64,000 bases of DNA from an uncultured Fidelibacterota bacterium (GCA_913040915.1 CAJWHW010000001.1:70240-134239), one strand, 5' to 3'; shown: positions 51,501 to 61,616, counted from the stretch's first letter. The notes: generated from the sequence alone by a model not told the origin. Translations and numbers: made by a program.

Positions 51501-52411
51501 TGGCATCCACTCATGATTATGAAATAGATAAACGGAATGAAGATATCCAAATTTATATTAATGGAGAATTCTTTCATCGTTCCGAAGCGAAGGTTTCCGT
51601 TATGGATAGTGGTTATTTGTTGGGTGATGGTGTGTGGGAAGGGATTCGTTTACACAAAGGACTTTTGATTCATTTTTCTGAACACATAGATCGGTTATTC
51701 AAAGGCGCAGAAAAAATCACTATGGATATCGGGAAATCCAAAGAAGATATATTGATAGCTGTAAATGAAACATTGCAAAAAAATAATATGATTTCTGATG
51801 TTCATTTGAGGTTAATTGTATCCCGGGGAATTAAAAAAACGCCCTATCAACATCCTAAAGTCACTATCGGAAAACCAACTATAGTTATCATTCCAGAATA
51901 TAAAAAAGCTAGTGATTATATAAAAATTAATGGTATTAGATTGGGGACGGTTAATACAATACGAGATTTCCAAATCCAGGATCCAACTATAAACTCTCTC
52001 AGTAAACATAATTGCATTGCAGCCTGTATTGAGGCAGATAAACTTGGTGTAGATGAGGGGCTCATGTTAGATCCACACGGCTATGTTTCTACATGTAATT
52101 CGACAAACTTTTTTATTGTCCGTAGCGGTGAAGTTTGGACATCCACCGGTAAATATTGTTTAAATGGTATAACCCGAGGAAGTGTCATCAATCTATGCAA
52201 AAAACATAAGGTTCCTGTATTTGAAAAGAACTTCTCTATTGAAGATGTGCATATAGCTGATGAAGTATTTGTCACAGGGACTTTTGCAGGTATCATCCCA
52301 GTACCAAGAGTTGATGGTCTTACAATCGGGGATGGCTTGCGCGGAGAATTGACGAAGAAATTGCAGGACTGGTATGCTAAAGATATTGAAAAACTGGTTA
52401 ATACAAATTGA
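51500..52411 (+). CDS. PLP-dependent aminotransferase class IV
   Basis: DSGYLLGDGVWEGIR, HIDRL, NFFIV, LNGITR, ADEVFVTGT. Confidence 0.9.
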   Translation: MASTHDYEIDKRNEDIQIYINGEFFHRSEAKVSVMDSGYLLGDGVWEGIRLHKGLLIHFSEHIDRLFKGAEKITMDIGKSKEDILIAVNETLQKNNMISDVHLRLIVSRGIKKTPYQHPKVTIGKPTIVIIPEYKKASDYIKINGIRLGTVNTIRDFQIQDPTINSLSKHNCIAACIEADKLGVDEGLMLDPHGYVSTCNSTNFFIVRSGEVWTSTGKYCLNGITRGSVINLCKKHKVPVFEKNFSIEDVHIADEVFVTGTFAGIIPVPRVDGLTIGDGLRGELTKKLQDWYAKDIEKLVNTN

Positions 52412-53142
52412 ATAAAACTCGAATAGCAATGTGGTCGGGGCCGCGAAATATTTCTACTGCCATGATGCGGTCTTTTGAAAATCGACCGGATACAGTTGTA
52501 ATCGATGAACCTTTTTATGCTTATTATTTAGATAAAACTGGCTTGGACCATCCAGGGAAAAAAGATGTATTCGCTTCTCAAAGTATTCATTGGGATGAAG
52601 TCGTAGATATATGCACTGGGAAAATCCCTGAAGGGAAACCAATCTGGTATCAAAAGCATATGGCACAACATAATTTGGAGGGATGTGACTTATCCTGGAT
52701 TAAAGATGTAACAAATTGCTTTTTGATCCGTGACCCAAAATATGTAATTGCCAGTTACGGGAAACGATTTCCTATAGAAAATGAAAAATTACTCGGATTC
52801 GTTCAGCAAGCAGATTTATTGGAACGTGTAGAAAAAATCACAGGGGAAACACCACCAATTTTAGACTCAAAAGACATTTTAGCTAATCCAGAAAAAATGC
52901 TATTAAAGCTCTGTGAAAAAATTGGGATTTCATTTACAGAAAAAATGCTTAACTGGCCTGCAGGAAAACGGCACAGTGATGGTGTATGGGCTCCTTATTG
53001 GTATAACAGAGTTGAAGAATCAACCGGGTTTTTACCTTATTCTAAAGAAAATGTTGAACTCGATGAAACTATGGAGCCTATTTATGAAAAATGTAAAGAG
53101 TATTATAATATTTTATGGAATAAAAGGATTGGCAAAAATTAA
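52408..53142 (+). CDS. Sulfotransferase-like P-loop protein
   Basis: MWSGPRNISTAMMRSF, DEPFY, YQKHM, LIRDP, GVWAPYWY. Confidence 0.8.
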   Translation: MNKTRIAMWSGPRNISTAMMRSFENRPDTVVIDEPFYAYYLDKTGLDHPGKKDVFASQSIHWDEVVDICTGKIPEGKPIWYQKHMAQHNLEGCDLSWIKDVTNCFLIRDPKYVIASYGKRFPIENEKLLGFVQQADLLERVEKITGETPPILDSKDILANPEKMLLKLCEKIGISFTEKMLNWPAGKRHSDGVWAPYWYNRVEESTGFLPYSKENVELDETMEPIYEKCKEYYNILWNKRIGKN

Positions 53143-53153
53143 ATTGCTGTAAT

Positions 53154-53792
53154 CTATTCGGTGCCAAATAACCGATCACCAGCGTCCCCTAATCCAGGGA
53201 CAATATATTTATTATCATTAAGTTTTTCATCTAAGGCTGCAGTATACACATCAACATCCGGGTGAGTTTCACAAAATGCTTTGGCACCCTCAGGAGCAGC
53301 AATCAGACACATGAATTTGATCTGTTTTGAGCCTAATTCCTTCAAACTTTTTGCTGCGGCAATAGCGGTCCCGCCGGTGGCCAGCATAGGATCTATAATA
53401 ATGAAATTCCTATTTTCTGGTTTATTCGGAATTTTGAAATAATAGTGAACTGGTTGATGAGTTTTTTCATCTCGTTCCATACCTACATAACCAACCCGTG
53501 CATTGGGAATGAGTTTCATCAATCCATCTACCATACCTAGCCCAGCACGAAGAATTGGAACAATAACAATATCTTTACCTTCAACTTTTTCACCTTCTGT
53601 TTTTGTCAATGGTGTTTCCACGGTTTTAGACTCAACTTTAAAATCCTGAGTAAGTTCAAAAGCAACAAGCATTCCAACTTCATTGACTAATTCTTTAAAA
53701 AGCTTATGCCCTGTATCTTTGTCTCGGATAATAGTAAGCTTGTGGCGAATAAGTGGATGGTCCACCACATGAAAATTCTTGTATTTATTCAT
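53154..53792 (-). CDS. upp: Uracil phosphoribosyltransferase
   Basis: [41 protein letters not shown]. Confidence 0.97.
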   Translation of the reverse strand: MNKYKNFHVVDHPLIRHKLTIIRDKDTGHKLFKELVNEVGMLVAFELTQDFKVESKTVETPLTKTEGEKVEGKDIVIVPILRAGLGMVDGLMKLIPNARVGYVGMERDEKTHQPVHYYFKIPNKPENRNFIIIDPMLATGGTAIAAAKSLKELGSKQIKFMCLIAAPEGAKAFCETHPDVDVYTAALDEKLNDNKYIVPGLGDAGDRLFGTE

Positions 53793-53876
53793 GATATTAT
53801 GTTGAAAACATATTTAAATATTTTTGAATATCCCGAAAATCTCCGAAAAATAAAAGTTGATAAAAATGCTTTGAAG

Positions 53877-55253
53877 TCATTCAATGAAAACTCCTCGTGC
53901 AACACTATGATACCAATCTTCTTGACTGGATTGAACATCGCTCTCTGATATAAGGTAGAATAATTCACCGTTTAGCCAAAAACATGCACTGGTATAACTA
54001 TCATAATAACTGGTGTCTCGAGTCGCCTCTCCAACAACAAGTACGTTTCCATCAGCAATTGCTATATCATAGGCAATGCCAGTACCAAATTCAGTAATGG
54101 GACCACCTTGTAGATCATGAATAGTATTATTTTCCCAATATTGGGGGAATGAACCCCCGGTAGTATAAGGGTTATTTGTGTCTTCGAACCAGTCTGTATA
54201 TCCTGCTAAATAAACGTCATCTCCATTAATTGATATACCATATGCACCAGCCCCATAGATATCCATATTTGATCCACCGAAAGGCATATCCGTTCTAGTT
54301 ATATGTCGCCAATAGCAAGCAGTAGGTGTATAACCAGCAAACCCAGATGTTTTTAAAACGTATCCAGCATAGTACCTCATATTACCATCCATGAAAGCAA
54401 TATCATATACCTCACCGTCACCATCAGTTGGTATCGATAAATTCGTTCTGTTATTTCCATCTTTCCAAAAGCAGGGGATATAATAGTGATGATTATTCAT
54501 ATAATACCCACCGATGTACACACTCCCATTATTTCGGACTCCTATTGAGAAAGCCTGTGAATCTCTATTAACGGTTAGATTAATTTTTTCCCCGTTTTCC
54601 CAATAGCAGGATCCATTATCAAACCAACCAGCAACATATATATTTTCTCCACTTACAGCAATAGCTTCGCCTTCACTGAAGTCGCCAGGTAAATCAAATC
54701 TTTGTTGATCAATCCAATAACAAGCACCGTCAGCAGTACCTGATGTATAAACTACTCCGTCAATTACCGTAATATCTGTAGCTGTATAACCACCAGGCAA
54801 TTCAATTCGTTCTCCATTAAGCCAATAGCAGGATGTCCATTCTCCGTTACTATTATAAGATTCACCAACAATGTAAATGTTTCTTCCTGGAATAGTACCG
54901 CCATTTTGATATTCACAGCTCCCATCATCAAATGTTGCATCACTGTTATAGTTCGTTGCTGTAATGTCTGTACATCCACAAATATTTTGGTCACCCCACT
55001 CTCCGGCACAATCTTCAGTACAATCATTAGAGAGGTCATCATCGCATGTGCCACAACTATCAACTAAAGCACTGCCACCACATTCATCCTTACAATCAAG
55101 ATATAAGCAACTATTATTATTAATTGTTGCATCTGAGTCATAGTTGCAAGCTTGATTATCTAAGCAGCCGAGTTTTTCTTGCTCTTCTTGATTATCATCG
55201 CATGAATAGAATGCCAAAGCAAAAAAAAATAATATTTGAAATCTATTTTTCAT
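53877..55253 (-). CDS. Putative lipoprotein with Cys-rich repeat module and a beta-propeller-like C-terminus (ACYW.NG repeats)
   Basis: Lipobox-like FYSC; GCLDNQACNY and GCTDITATNYNSDATFDDGSC; repeated IYVAG...CYWxNG blades. Confidence 0.75.
   Translation of the reverse strand: MKNRFQILFFFALAFYSCDDNQEEQEKLGCLDNQACNYDSDATINNNSCLYLDCKDECGGSALVDSCGTCDDDLSNDCTEDCAGEWGDQNICGCTDITATNYNSDATFDDGSCEYQNGGTIPGRNIYIVGESYNSNGEWTSCYWLNGERIELPGGYTATDITVIDGVVYTSGTADGACYWIDQQRFDLPGDFSEGEAIAVSGENIYVAGWFDNGSCYWENGEKINLTVNRDSQAFSIGVRNNGSVYIGGYYMNNHHYYIPCFWKDGNNRTNLSIPTDGDGEVYDIAFMDGNMRYYAGYVLKTSGFAGYTPTACYWRHITRTDMPFGGSNMDIYGAGAYGISINGDDVYLAGYTDWFEDTNNPYTTGGSFPQYWENNTIHDLQGGPITEFGTGIAYDIAIADGNVLVVGEATRDTSYYDSYTSACFWLNGELFYLISESDVQSSQEDWYHSVARGVFIE
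54925..55187. repeat. Copy 1 of the duplicated Cys-rich module
   Basis: Aligns by eye to 56336-56682 with 5 mismatches in 263 nt, apart from an 84-bp insertion in copy 2. Confidence 0.92.
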
Positions 55254-55275
55254 TATGAAGATTTATTTAATAATT

Positions 55276-56748
55276 CTAATTAATTGGTGGAGTTAAACGA
55301 ACAAGAGATATTATACCTCCGCTGTTCCCATCGATAAATCCGTAACCTCCTATTATAATATCTCCATTTTCAAGTTCAAATATTGACATATTTGCGTACC
55401 CGACATATTCCCTAAATATAGTTTCACCTTGATCATTAATCCATGTGAGGTTGGATCCTGCATCAATTAGATAATATCCACCTCTAGATGAAGGTATTAT
55501 ATCATAGTATCCGCTTACATTTACATCTACAATATTACAATCATTAAAAACACCACCGCCCGATGTATTCCTCTCTACCAGATATAAACTTCTCCAGCTA
55601 TTGCAATAGCCGGCACCTATATAACTCCCACCCGGTGTTTCATTTAGTGCATAGATTTCAGTACTGCCTGTTGACTGTATATTCTTTTTCCATATCTGTT
55701 GTCCATCCATATCTGTTTTAATCATGAGAGCTTTATAGTCGCCGTGTTGTGTACCTGTGTAACCACCTAAAACATAATTCCCATCTGCTGTCTCAATTAT
55801 TTCATTAATCTCATTTGCTGCAGAGCTACTATAAATTTCATGCCATATTAACTCACCTGTATTGCTGTATTTTCTAAGCATTGCCTTAGAATTGTTGCCG
55901 TTATCATTCCATGTCCCTGTAATTACATATTCTCCATCTGCTGTTTCAATAAAATCCCTTGCCCAATCATTATTTTCAGTCCCGCTATCAATCAACTCCC
56001 AGATAATGTTTCCAGACTCATCTGTTTTTAACAGATATAGATCAGGGTAGCATCCTGGCAGTGTATCGCACTCATAAAAGCCAACTGCAAAAAATCCGCC
56101 ATCAGATGTTTCCCGTACACTATACAATGCAGTGGAATTATCATAGACTTGGCTCCATTCCAAATCACCATTCTGATTTGTCTTGATTAAAAGTCCTGAA
56201 TAGTTTGATGCGCCTGCTATAATAAAACCAGAGTCGAATGTCTGTCTTACTCGCCAACTTTCATCACCCACACCTTCATAAGTTTTAACCCATTGAATTG
56301 TGATTGTGTCGCTCATGTTATATTGACAAGACCCGTCATCAAATGTTGCATCACTGTTATAGTTCGTTGCTGTAATGTCTGTACATCCACAAATATTTTG
56401 GCCACCCCACTCTCCGGCACAATCTTCAGTACAATCATTAGATGGGTTATTATCACAGACACCACAGTTGTCTATGTAGGCACTTCCACCAAAGACACCA
56501 GAACAATCTTCAATACAATCATTAGAGAGGTCATCATCGCACGTGCCACAACTATCAACTAAAGCACTGCCACCACATTCATCCTTACAATCAAGATATA
56601 AGCAACTATTATTATTAATTGTTGCATCTGAGTCATAATTGCAAGCTTGACTATCTAAGCAGCCGTGTTTTTCTTGCTCTTCACAACTCCAAAAAACGAG
56701 CCCAAATAATAGTAAATATTTCGAATATTGTGACAATTTCAGTATCAA
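55276..56748 (-). CDS. Putative lipoprotein with Cys-rich repeat module and a different beta-propeller-like C-terminus (TxDGG...LxKTDxxG repeats)
   Basis: Lipobox-like FWSC; same Cys module; repeated ETxDG(G)F/Y...LLKTD..G...W blades. Confidence 0.75.
   Translation of the reverse strand: MILKLSQYSKYLLLFGLVFWSCEEQEKHGCLDSQACNYDSDATINNNSCLYLDCKDECGGSALVDSCGTCDDDLSNDCIEDCSGVFGGSAYIDNCGVCDNNPSNDCTEDCAGEWGGQNICGCTDITATNYNSDATFDDGSCQYNMSDTITIQWVKTYEGVGDESWRVRQTFDSGFIIAGASNYSGLLIKTNQNGDLEWSQVYDNSTALYSVRETSDGGFFAVGFYECDTLPGCYPDLYLLKTDESGNIIWELIDSGTENNDWARDFIETADGEYVITGTWNDNGNNSKAMLRKYSNTGELIWHEIYSSSAANEINEIIETADGNYVLGGYTGTQHGDYKALMIKTDMDGQQIWKKNIQSTGSTEIYALNETPGGSYIGAGYCNSWRSLYLVERNTSGGGVFNDCNIVDVNVSGYYDIIPSSRGGYYLIDAGSNLTWINDQGETIFREYVGYANMSIFELENGDIIIGGYGFIDGNSGGIISLVRLTPPIN
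56336..56682. repeat. Copy 2 of the duplicated Cys-rich module (one extra 28-codon unit)
   Basis: 56336-56442 matches 54925-55031 at 106/107; 56527-56682 matches 55032-55187 at 152/156. Confidence 0.92.
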
Positions 56749-56764
56749 TTTTAATAGATCAATA

Positions 56765-56792
56765 AAAAAAAACCCACATGTGGGTTTTTTTT
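56765..56792. terminator. Palindromic terminator
   Basis: A8-CCCACATGTGGG-T8 perfect palindrome. Confidence 0.85.
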
Positions 56793-56810
56793 ATGTTATA
56801 GACTTTCACA

Positions 56811-57788
56811 TCATTGCCCAATTTTTCCATTCAGCATTTTCCGGAATCCTTTATTCACTGTAAAATAATGGCCTCTTTCCTGATGTATACTGGTAACTGT
56901 ATGGTGAAACTCATTAATGTGTTTAACGAATTCTTTTATATCAATTTCTACGTCAACTCCGTTATTATCTTTAATTACTACTTTATCTTTCGGCTTTATT
57001 GGAGTCGGCGGTTCCTTTTTCACTTCATCCCGATCAGGAATTAAATATATATTTTTATAATACTTTTGTTCAAAGGTCTCACAATCAATTTCTATACCCC
57101 ATGGCTCCCTGCACTTGCTGTCAACCAGTTCATTGTTTGCATAAATATGTTTTCGAGACCAGTAATCTACCATACTGTTAATGTCAGCTGGGTCAGTAGT
57201 CCAATCCGATTCACTATATATATAATCGTAATAATACCATTCTCCAATCTTTTTACCGTTACTGTACTGTCCTCTTAGAATAATATCATTTCTGGGATAG
57301 GAATAATTTTGTAAATATTCGAAGCGTTCCATATTCGCTTTGTGGACAATGATGGTCCCATGTTTTAAACCATCACGATAATCAATTTTTGTCATGATTT
57401 GTAAATCAGTATTATCCCACTTTTGTTTTTCATAAATCTTATCAGGCTCTATCCAAATCCAGCTCCCATTTTTTTTATCATTTACGTATAAACCCATGAT
57501 TCCAGGCAGCATCTCCCTGGTATTGTAGTACTGCATAAAAGAGCTATTTTTTAGTCCGTTCACTAAGGTGCACTCGACTATTTTTTGTCCATTATTATTT
57601 TTAGAATAAATCTGCAGCCTTAAGGTAGCAGGTTTATTATTAGCGGTATACCAAAACCCTTCACTTTTATATAGACTCTCAGGCTGGAAAAAGAATTTGT
57701 CATTTTTGCTATGTAAAATTTCTATTTCATCTATGGGCTGTCCCTGAATCACAGCAATAAATAATAGAAGTGATATATATTTAACCAT
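56811..57788 (-). CDS. Hypothetical exported protein with MORN-variant-like repeats
   Basis: Signal peptide; NGLKNS, GLYVNDKKNGSW, YRDGLKHG, GQYSNGKKIGEWYYY. Confidence 0.65.
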   Translation of the reverse strand: MVKYISLLLFIAVIQGQPIDEIEILHSKNDKFFFQPESLYKSEGFWYTANNKPATLRLQIYSKNNNGQKIVECTLVNGLKNSSFMQYYNTREMLPGIMGLYVNDKKNGSWIWIEPDKIYEKQKWDNTDLQIMTKIDYRDGLKHGTIIVHKANMERFEYLQNYSYPRNDIILRGQYSNGKKIGEWYYYDYIYSESDWTTDPADINSMVDYWSRKHIYANNELVDSKCREPWGIEIDCETFEQKYYKNIYLIPDRDEVKKEPPTPIKPKDKVVIKDNNGVDVEIDIKEFVKHINEFHHTVTSIHQERGHYFTVNKGFRKMLNGKIGQ

Positions 57789-57841
57789 ATCTAAATCTAA
57801 TCATCCTTGGATAAACAAAAAACATTGCTAATGTAGGGTTT
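57789..57841 (-). repeat. Conserved intergenic element, copy B (decayed hairpin, T-tract, promoter-like tail)
   Basis: Minus strand ...TTTTTTGTTTATCCAAGGATGATTAGATTTAGAT-ATG; 28/34 identical and in the same register as copy C. Confidence 0.7.
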
Positions 57842-57859
57842 CCCATAATATAGGTTTAT

Positions 57860-58888
57860 CTATTTAAGCAGTACCATTTTTTTGGTTTGCCTGAAATCGT
57901 TTGTTTCAATTCTGTAAAGATAAACTCCTGCAGGAACCAAATGGCCTTCATTGTTAGTTGCATTCCACTGGACTGATCTATACCCTGCAGTTTGTCGATT
58001 ATTAACAAGATATTTAATAATTTTTCCCATCATATTATAGATGGTTATTCTAACAAAAGAATCTTTTGGTAATTCATATCGCAGAATGGTCATTGGATTA
58101 AATGGGTTTGGATAATTTGTCATTAAATAATCTTTAAATAAATGATTTTGATTAATGGAAACGGAAGTAGTGTCTGTCTCATCCATATATCCTACACCGC
58201 ATAGTATATTCTCAGGGGTACTATGGTGGCAGTGATCATACATATCGCACGTCCCAGGTGATAAAAGACTATCGGAGTATGGCATCGTATCATAATAACT
58301 CCATGCAGGTGCTGACATCCAGCAGGCATCACAGATATCCGTACTTATATTTTGATCTGAATTTTCAGGCCAGTTGAGAGTATCACCCGGAACAAAACAA
58401 AACCTACCTACTAATTCTTGGCAATTTTCAGATCCTATAGTACCATTTTCATCTTCACAATTATCACCATACCAAATAGACCCTTGCACAGTCCCGGGGC
58501 ATTCATCATTTCCGTAAATATCCCAATATGCATAATTACCGCTTGCATATACTGCTGTTGGGCTCAAACATGGCCATGAAGCAGTAACTGTAAATTTATC
58601 TGCAGTCATTTCATTATATTCCCAGGGGAAAAATATTCTATAGCGAGATCCTTCCGTATTTTCTCCACTATTACTAGTATCGATTGCAATTGAGTACAGA
58701 TTTTCAGGGTGACATGGATTGTTAGTCCCATCATTACAAACATATATACAGGAATCCACGTAATTAGGGCATGTTCGTATATCCATTAAATCAGCATTAA
58801 TAACTTTATTGATCTTTCCGCTGATAGAAGTAAATGTTTGTCCAAAAACCGAAGAAATAAATAATATAAAATACATACACTGACGCAT
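57860..58888 (-). CDS. Cys-rich secreted protein with FlgD/T9SS-like C-terminal domain
   Basis: Signal peptide; 14 Cys in the mature region; NYPNPFNP...AGVYLY...KKMVLLK. Confidence 0.75.
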   Translation of the reverse strand: MRQCMYFILFISSVFGQTFTSISGKINKVINADLMDIRTCPNYVDSCIYVCNDGTNNPCHPENLYSIAIDTSNSGENTEGSRYRIFFPWEYNEMTADKFTVTASWPCLSPTAVYASGNYAYWDIYGNDECPGTVQGSIWYGDNCEDENGTIGSENCQELVGRFCFVPGDTLNWPENSDQNISTDICDACWMSAPAWSYYDTMPYSDSLLSPGTCDMYDHCHHSTPENILCGVGYMDETDTTSVSINQNHLFKDYLMTNYPNPFNPMTILRYELPKDSFVRITIYNMMGKIIKYLVNNRQTAGYRSVQWNATNNEGHLVPAGVYLYRIETNDFRQTKKMVLLK

Positions 58889-58937
58889 ACCTAAATCTAC
58901 TCATCATCCCATAAACAAAAAAACCCACCAATATGTG
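58889..58937 (-). repeat. Conserved intergenic element, copy C
   Basis: Minus strand CACATATTGGTGGGTTTTTTTGTTTATGGGATGATGAGTAGATTTAGGT-ATG. Confidence 0.75.
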
Positions 58938-58999
58938 TCTTGATAATATTGTTATTGTGGAATATAAATTAAAAAAACCACATTAAGCATACCAGATCC

Positions 59000-59980
59000 T
59001 TATGGAGCTATTACTTTCAATACTTGCCCCACAGATAATTTGGTTAAAGTATTTAATGAAATTTTTAAACATAAATTATTGCACTTTAGTTCTAATTTAT
59101 ATTCTGATGCTACTCTCCTTATGGATTCTATTTTTCCAGTGAATACTTTTTTGCCAGATGCTAAACTATCATCATAAATAATGAATTGGTTTGGTCTAAT
59201 AGATATCAAGGATTCTTTTGTTTCATCATCAAAAAAAAAGTTTTTAGTATTGGGATATATTCTTAATGGAATAAAATTTGTTTCTCCAAATATTAAGGCT
59301 GATTTTTTTGAGTTAGGGTTATTATAAATTTTATTTGGAGGCCCTTTTTGAATTATTTTACCCTTATCAATTACAACAATTTTATCTGATATTTCCATTG
59401 CATCATTTATATCATGAGTAACAATAATTGCAGTAGTCTTAAATTTCTTTAAAAGTCTTCTGACCATTGATCCTAAATTTGATTTTAAATTGTAATCTAA
59501 ATTGCTTAGAGGTTCATCCATCATTATCAAAGATGGATTTACGGCTAATGATCTGACAAGGGCGACCCTTTGTTGTTCCCCTCCCGAACATTCATGAGGG
59601 AACTTATTCAAAATTTTTTCGATTTTTGTTGCCCGTATTAACTCTTCAACTCGTTCTTTATTACGGTTACTATTTTTACCAAAGTATATATTCTGATGCA
59701 TTGATATGTTTGGGAATAGTGCATAATCTTGAAATACTAGTGAACAATCTCTTTTTTCAGGAGGGACAAATATATTTTCCCCATTGATAATATCATTGTT
59801 TAAAATAATTTGCCCATTATCGGGTAACTCAAGTCCTGATATTATTCTTAGTAAAGTAGTTTTTCCACTACCGCTACCACCTACCACACTAATTATTTCA
59901 CCACTTTCGATTTCTAAATTGAAATTAATTAATACATTCTGTTCACCATAAGTTTTACTCAATCCATGAGTTTTTAGCAT
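59000..59980 (-). CDS. Fe(III) ABC transporter ATP-binding subunit (FbpC/FutC-like)
   Basis: GGSGSGKTT, FQDYALFP, SGGEQQRVAL, DEPLSNLD, VTHD. Confidence 0.88.
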   Translation of the reverse strand: MLKTHGLSKTYGEQNVLINFNLEIESGEIISVVGGSGSGKTTLLRIISGLELPDNGQIILNNDIINGENIFVPPEKRDCSLVFQDYALFPNISMHQNIYFGKNSNRNKERVEELIRATKIEKILNKFPHECSGGEQQRVALVRSLAVNPSLIMMDEPLSNLDYNLKSNLGSMVRRLLKKFKTTAIIVTHDINDAMEISDKIVVIDKGKIIQKGPPNKIYNNPNSKKSALIFGETNFIPLRIYPNTKNFFFDDETKESLISIRPNQFIIYDDSLASGKKVFTGKIESIRRVASEYKLELKCNNLCLKISLNTLTKLSVGQVLKVIAP

Positions 59981-59983
59981 TTA

Positions 59984-61597
59984 TTAATTCTCCTTATCTA
60001 CCTGATTGTTGATTATTAATATGGCAGGCACTGAAATTAATATTATTAATAGCGATGGTATTGATGATTGAAAAAATTGCGATTGAGTTATTAAATCATA
60101 AGTCAAAGTAGCAAGTGTATCAAAATTAAAAGGTCGAAGAATCAAAGTGAGCGGTAGTTCCTTCGATACATCGATAAATACTATCAAACTAGCAACTAGT
60201 AGTGGCTTTTTCAAAATTGGGAAATTGATATTTACTAATGATTTTAAAGGTTTTACACTAAGTGTTCTTGATGCTTGATTTATATTCTCACCAAGCTTTT
60301 CCATGCTAGAATCTATTGGTTGCCAAGCAACAGCGAAAAAACGAACTATATATGAAAGAAGCAGGCCAAAAATTGAACCAATTAACATTAATGGAATTAA
60401 TCCATTAATTGAACTACTTAATTTCAAAATACCTATAGCTATTATTGCTCCTGGCATTGAATATCCAAGAATGGCTAACTGACTAATCTTTTTACATGCA
60501 TCATTATTAAAATAGTTTTTACTGAAGTTTATAAAAAATGCCAACACAACAATAATTATGGAAGATACAAGTGATATAGTAACAGTATTAAAAGTAATCA
60601 TTACTAGGTTAAAACCATTCAAACTAACATTAGATCGTAACATCCATGTAAATAACCTTCCTACTGGAATTAAAAAACCAAAAAGAAAAGGGATTAGACA
60701 AAATATGATTATCAGACACTGTTTCTTTTTTTCAATTTTAATTCGCCTTAATGAATTTTTTCCCCCTTTATTATCATATTTTGCTCCTTTTCTATAAATT
60801 TTTTCTAGCACTAGAACTATAAAAACAAATGTAATTAAAAATGAAGATAATTTTAATGCACTGTCTACATCATGCATACCAAACCACGATCTAAAAATTC
60901 CAATTGTCAGAGTTGATATCCCAAAGTATTCAACAGCTGCATAATCATTAAGTGTTTCCATTATAACTAGACTAACTCCAGCAATAATTGATGGTCTAAT
61001 TATAGGAATTATTACTTTTCTTAATAATTTATTAGTCGGGATTCCAAGTGTGTTTGCAGCTTCGATTATCCTACTTCCTTGGATCATCAACGATGCTTTC
61101 GTGCTTAAATAAATGTAAGGATATAGAACAAATGAAAAGAGAATTATTACAATTAAGTATATAAAAATAGTTTCAATTAACATTGTTTCATTTAATCCAT
61201 AATTATTTCTACTCCAAATGAAAAAAGGATTAAAAGCTTCAAGTATATCATAGTAGGAATATGCAGCTATGTAAGTAGGAATGGTCATGGGAAGAATTAA
61301 TATCCACTCAATATATTTTCTCCCATAAAAATCATAACATGTTATAAACCATGCACATCCAACGCCAATAATTGTACTTGCTATACCAACTCCGATAACA
61401 AGGTATAATGTTGATGAAACATAGCCAATTAGTAAATTTTCTTTTATATGTAGCCAATTGTCTGCTTCAATATTGAAATTAGTAATGATTAAAAAGATAG
61501 GTAAAAAAATAAGAAAAGAAGCTAAAATTGATAAAAAATTCCAAATGTTAATCTGAAATAGAAGTTCATTTTTAAGATATTTATAGATACTTTTCAA
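59984..61597 (-). CDS. Fe(III) ABC transporter permease (FbpB/FutB-like)
   Basis: Two-repeat permease; LYPYIYL, EAANTLG, KELPLTLILRPFNFDTLA. Confidence 0.9.
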   Translation of the reverse strand: MKSIYKYLKNELLFQINIWNFLSILASFLIFLPIFLIITNFNIEADNWLHIKENLLIGYVSSTLYLVIGVGIASTIIGVGCAWFITCYDFYGRKYIEWILILPMTIPTYIAAYSYYDILEAFNPFFIWSRNNYGLNETMLIETIFIYLIVIILFSFVLYPYIYLSTKASLMIQGSRIIEAANTLGIPTNKLLRKVIIPIIRPSIIAGVSLVIMETLNDYAAVEYFGISTLTIGIFRSWFGMHDVDSALKLSSFLITFVFIVLVLEKIYRKGAKYDNKGGKNSLRRIKIEKKKQCLIIIFCLIPFLFGFLIPVGRLFTWMLRSNVSLNGFNLVMITFNTVTISLVSSIIIVVLAFFINFSKNYFNNDACKKISQLAILGYSMPGAIIAIGILKLSSSINGLIPLMLIGSIFGLLLSYIVRFFAVAWQPIDSSMEKLGENINQASRTLSVKPLKSLVNINFPILKKPLLVASLIVFIDVSKELPLTLILRPFNFDTLATLTYDLITQSQFFQSSIPSLLIILISVPAILIINNQVDKEN

Positions 61598-61616
61598 AAT
61601 TACAAAGTATGACTAT

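Noticed and set aside
54925..56682. Diversity-generating retroelement TR/VR pair
   Set aside because: Mismatches are few and not confined to adenines of one copy, both copies are in coding N-termini, and no reverse transcriptase is in the window.
578..60797. Numerous 60-135 aa ORFs antisense to or nested in larger genes (e.g. 3042-3356, 9435-9833, 10722-11045, 38009-38416)
   Set aside because: They overlap well-supported genes and show no recognisable motifs; treated as shadow ORFs.
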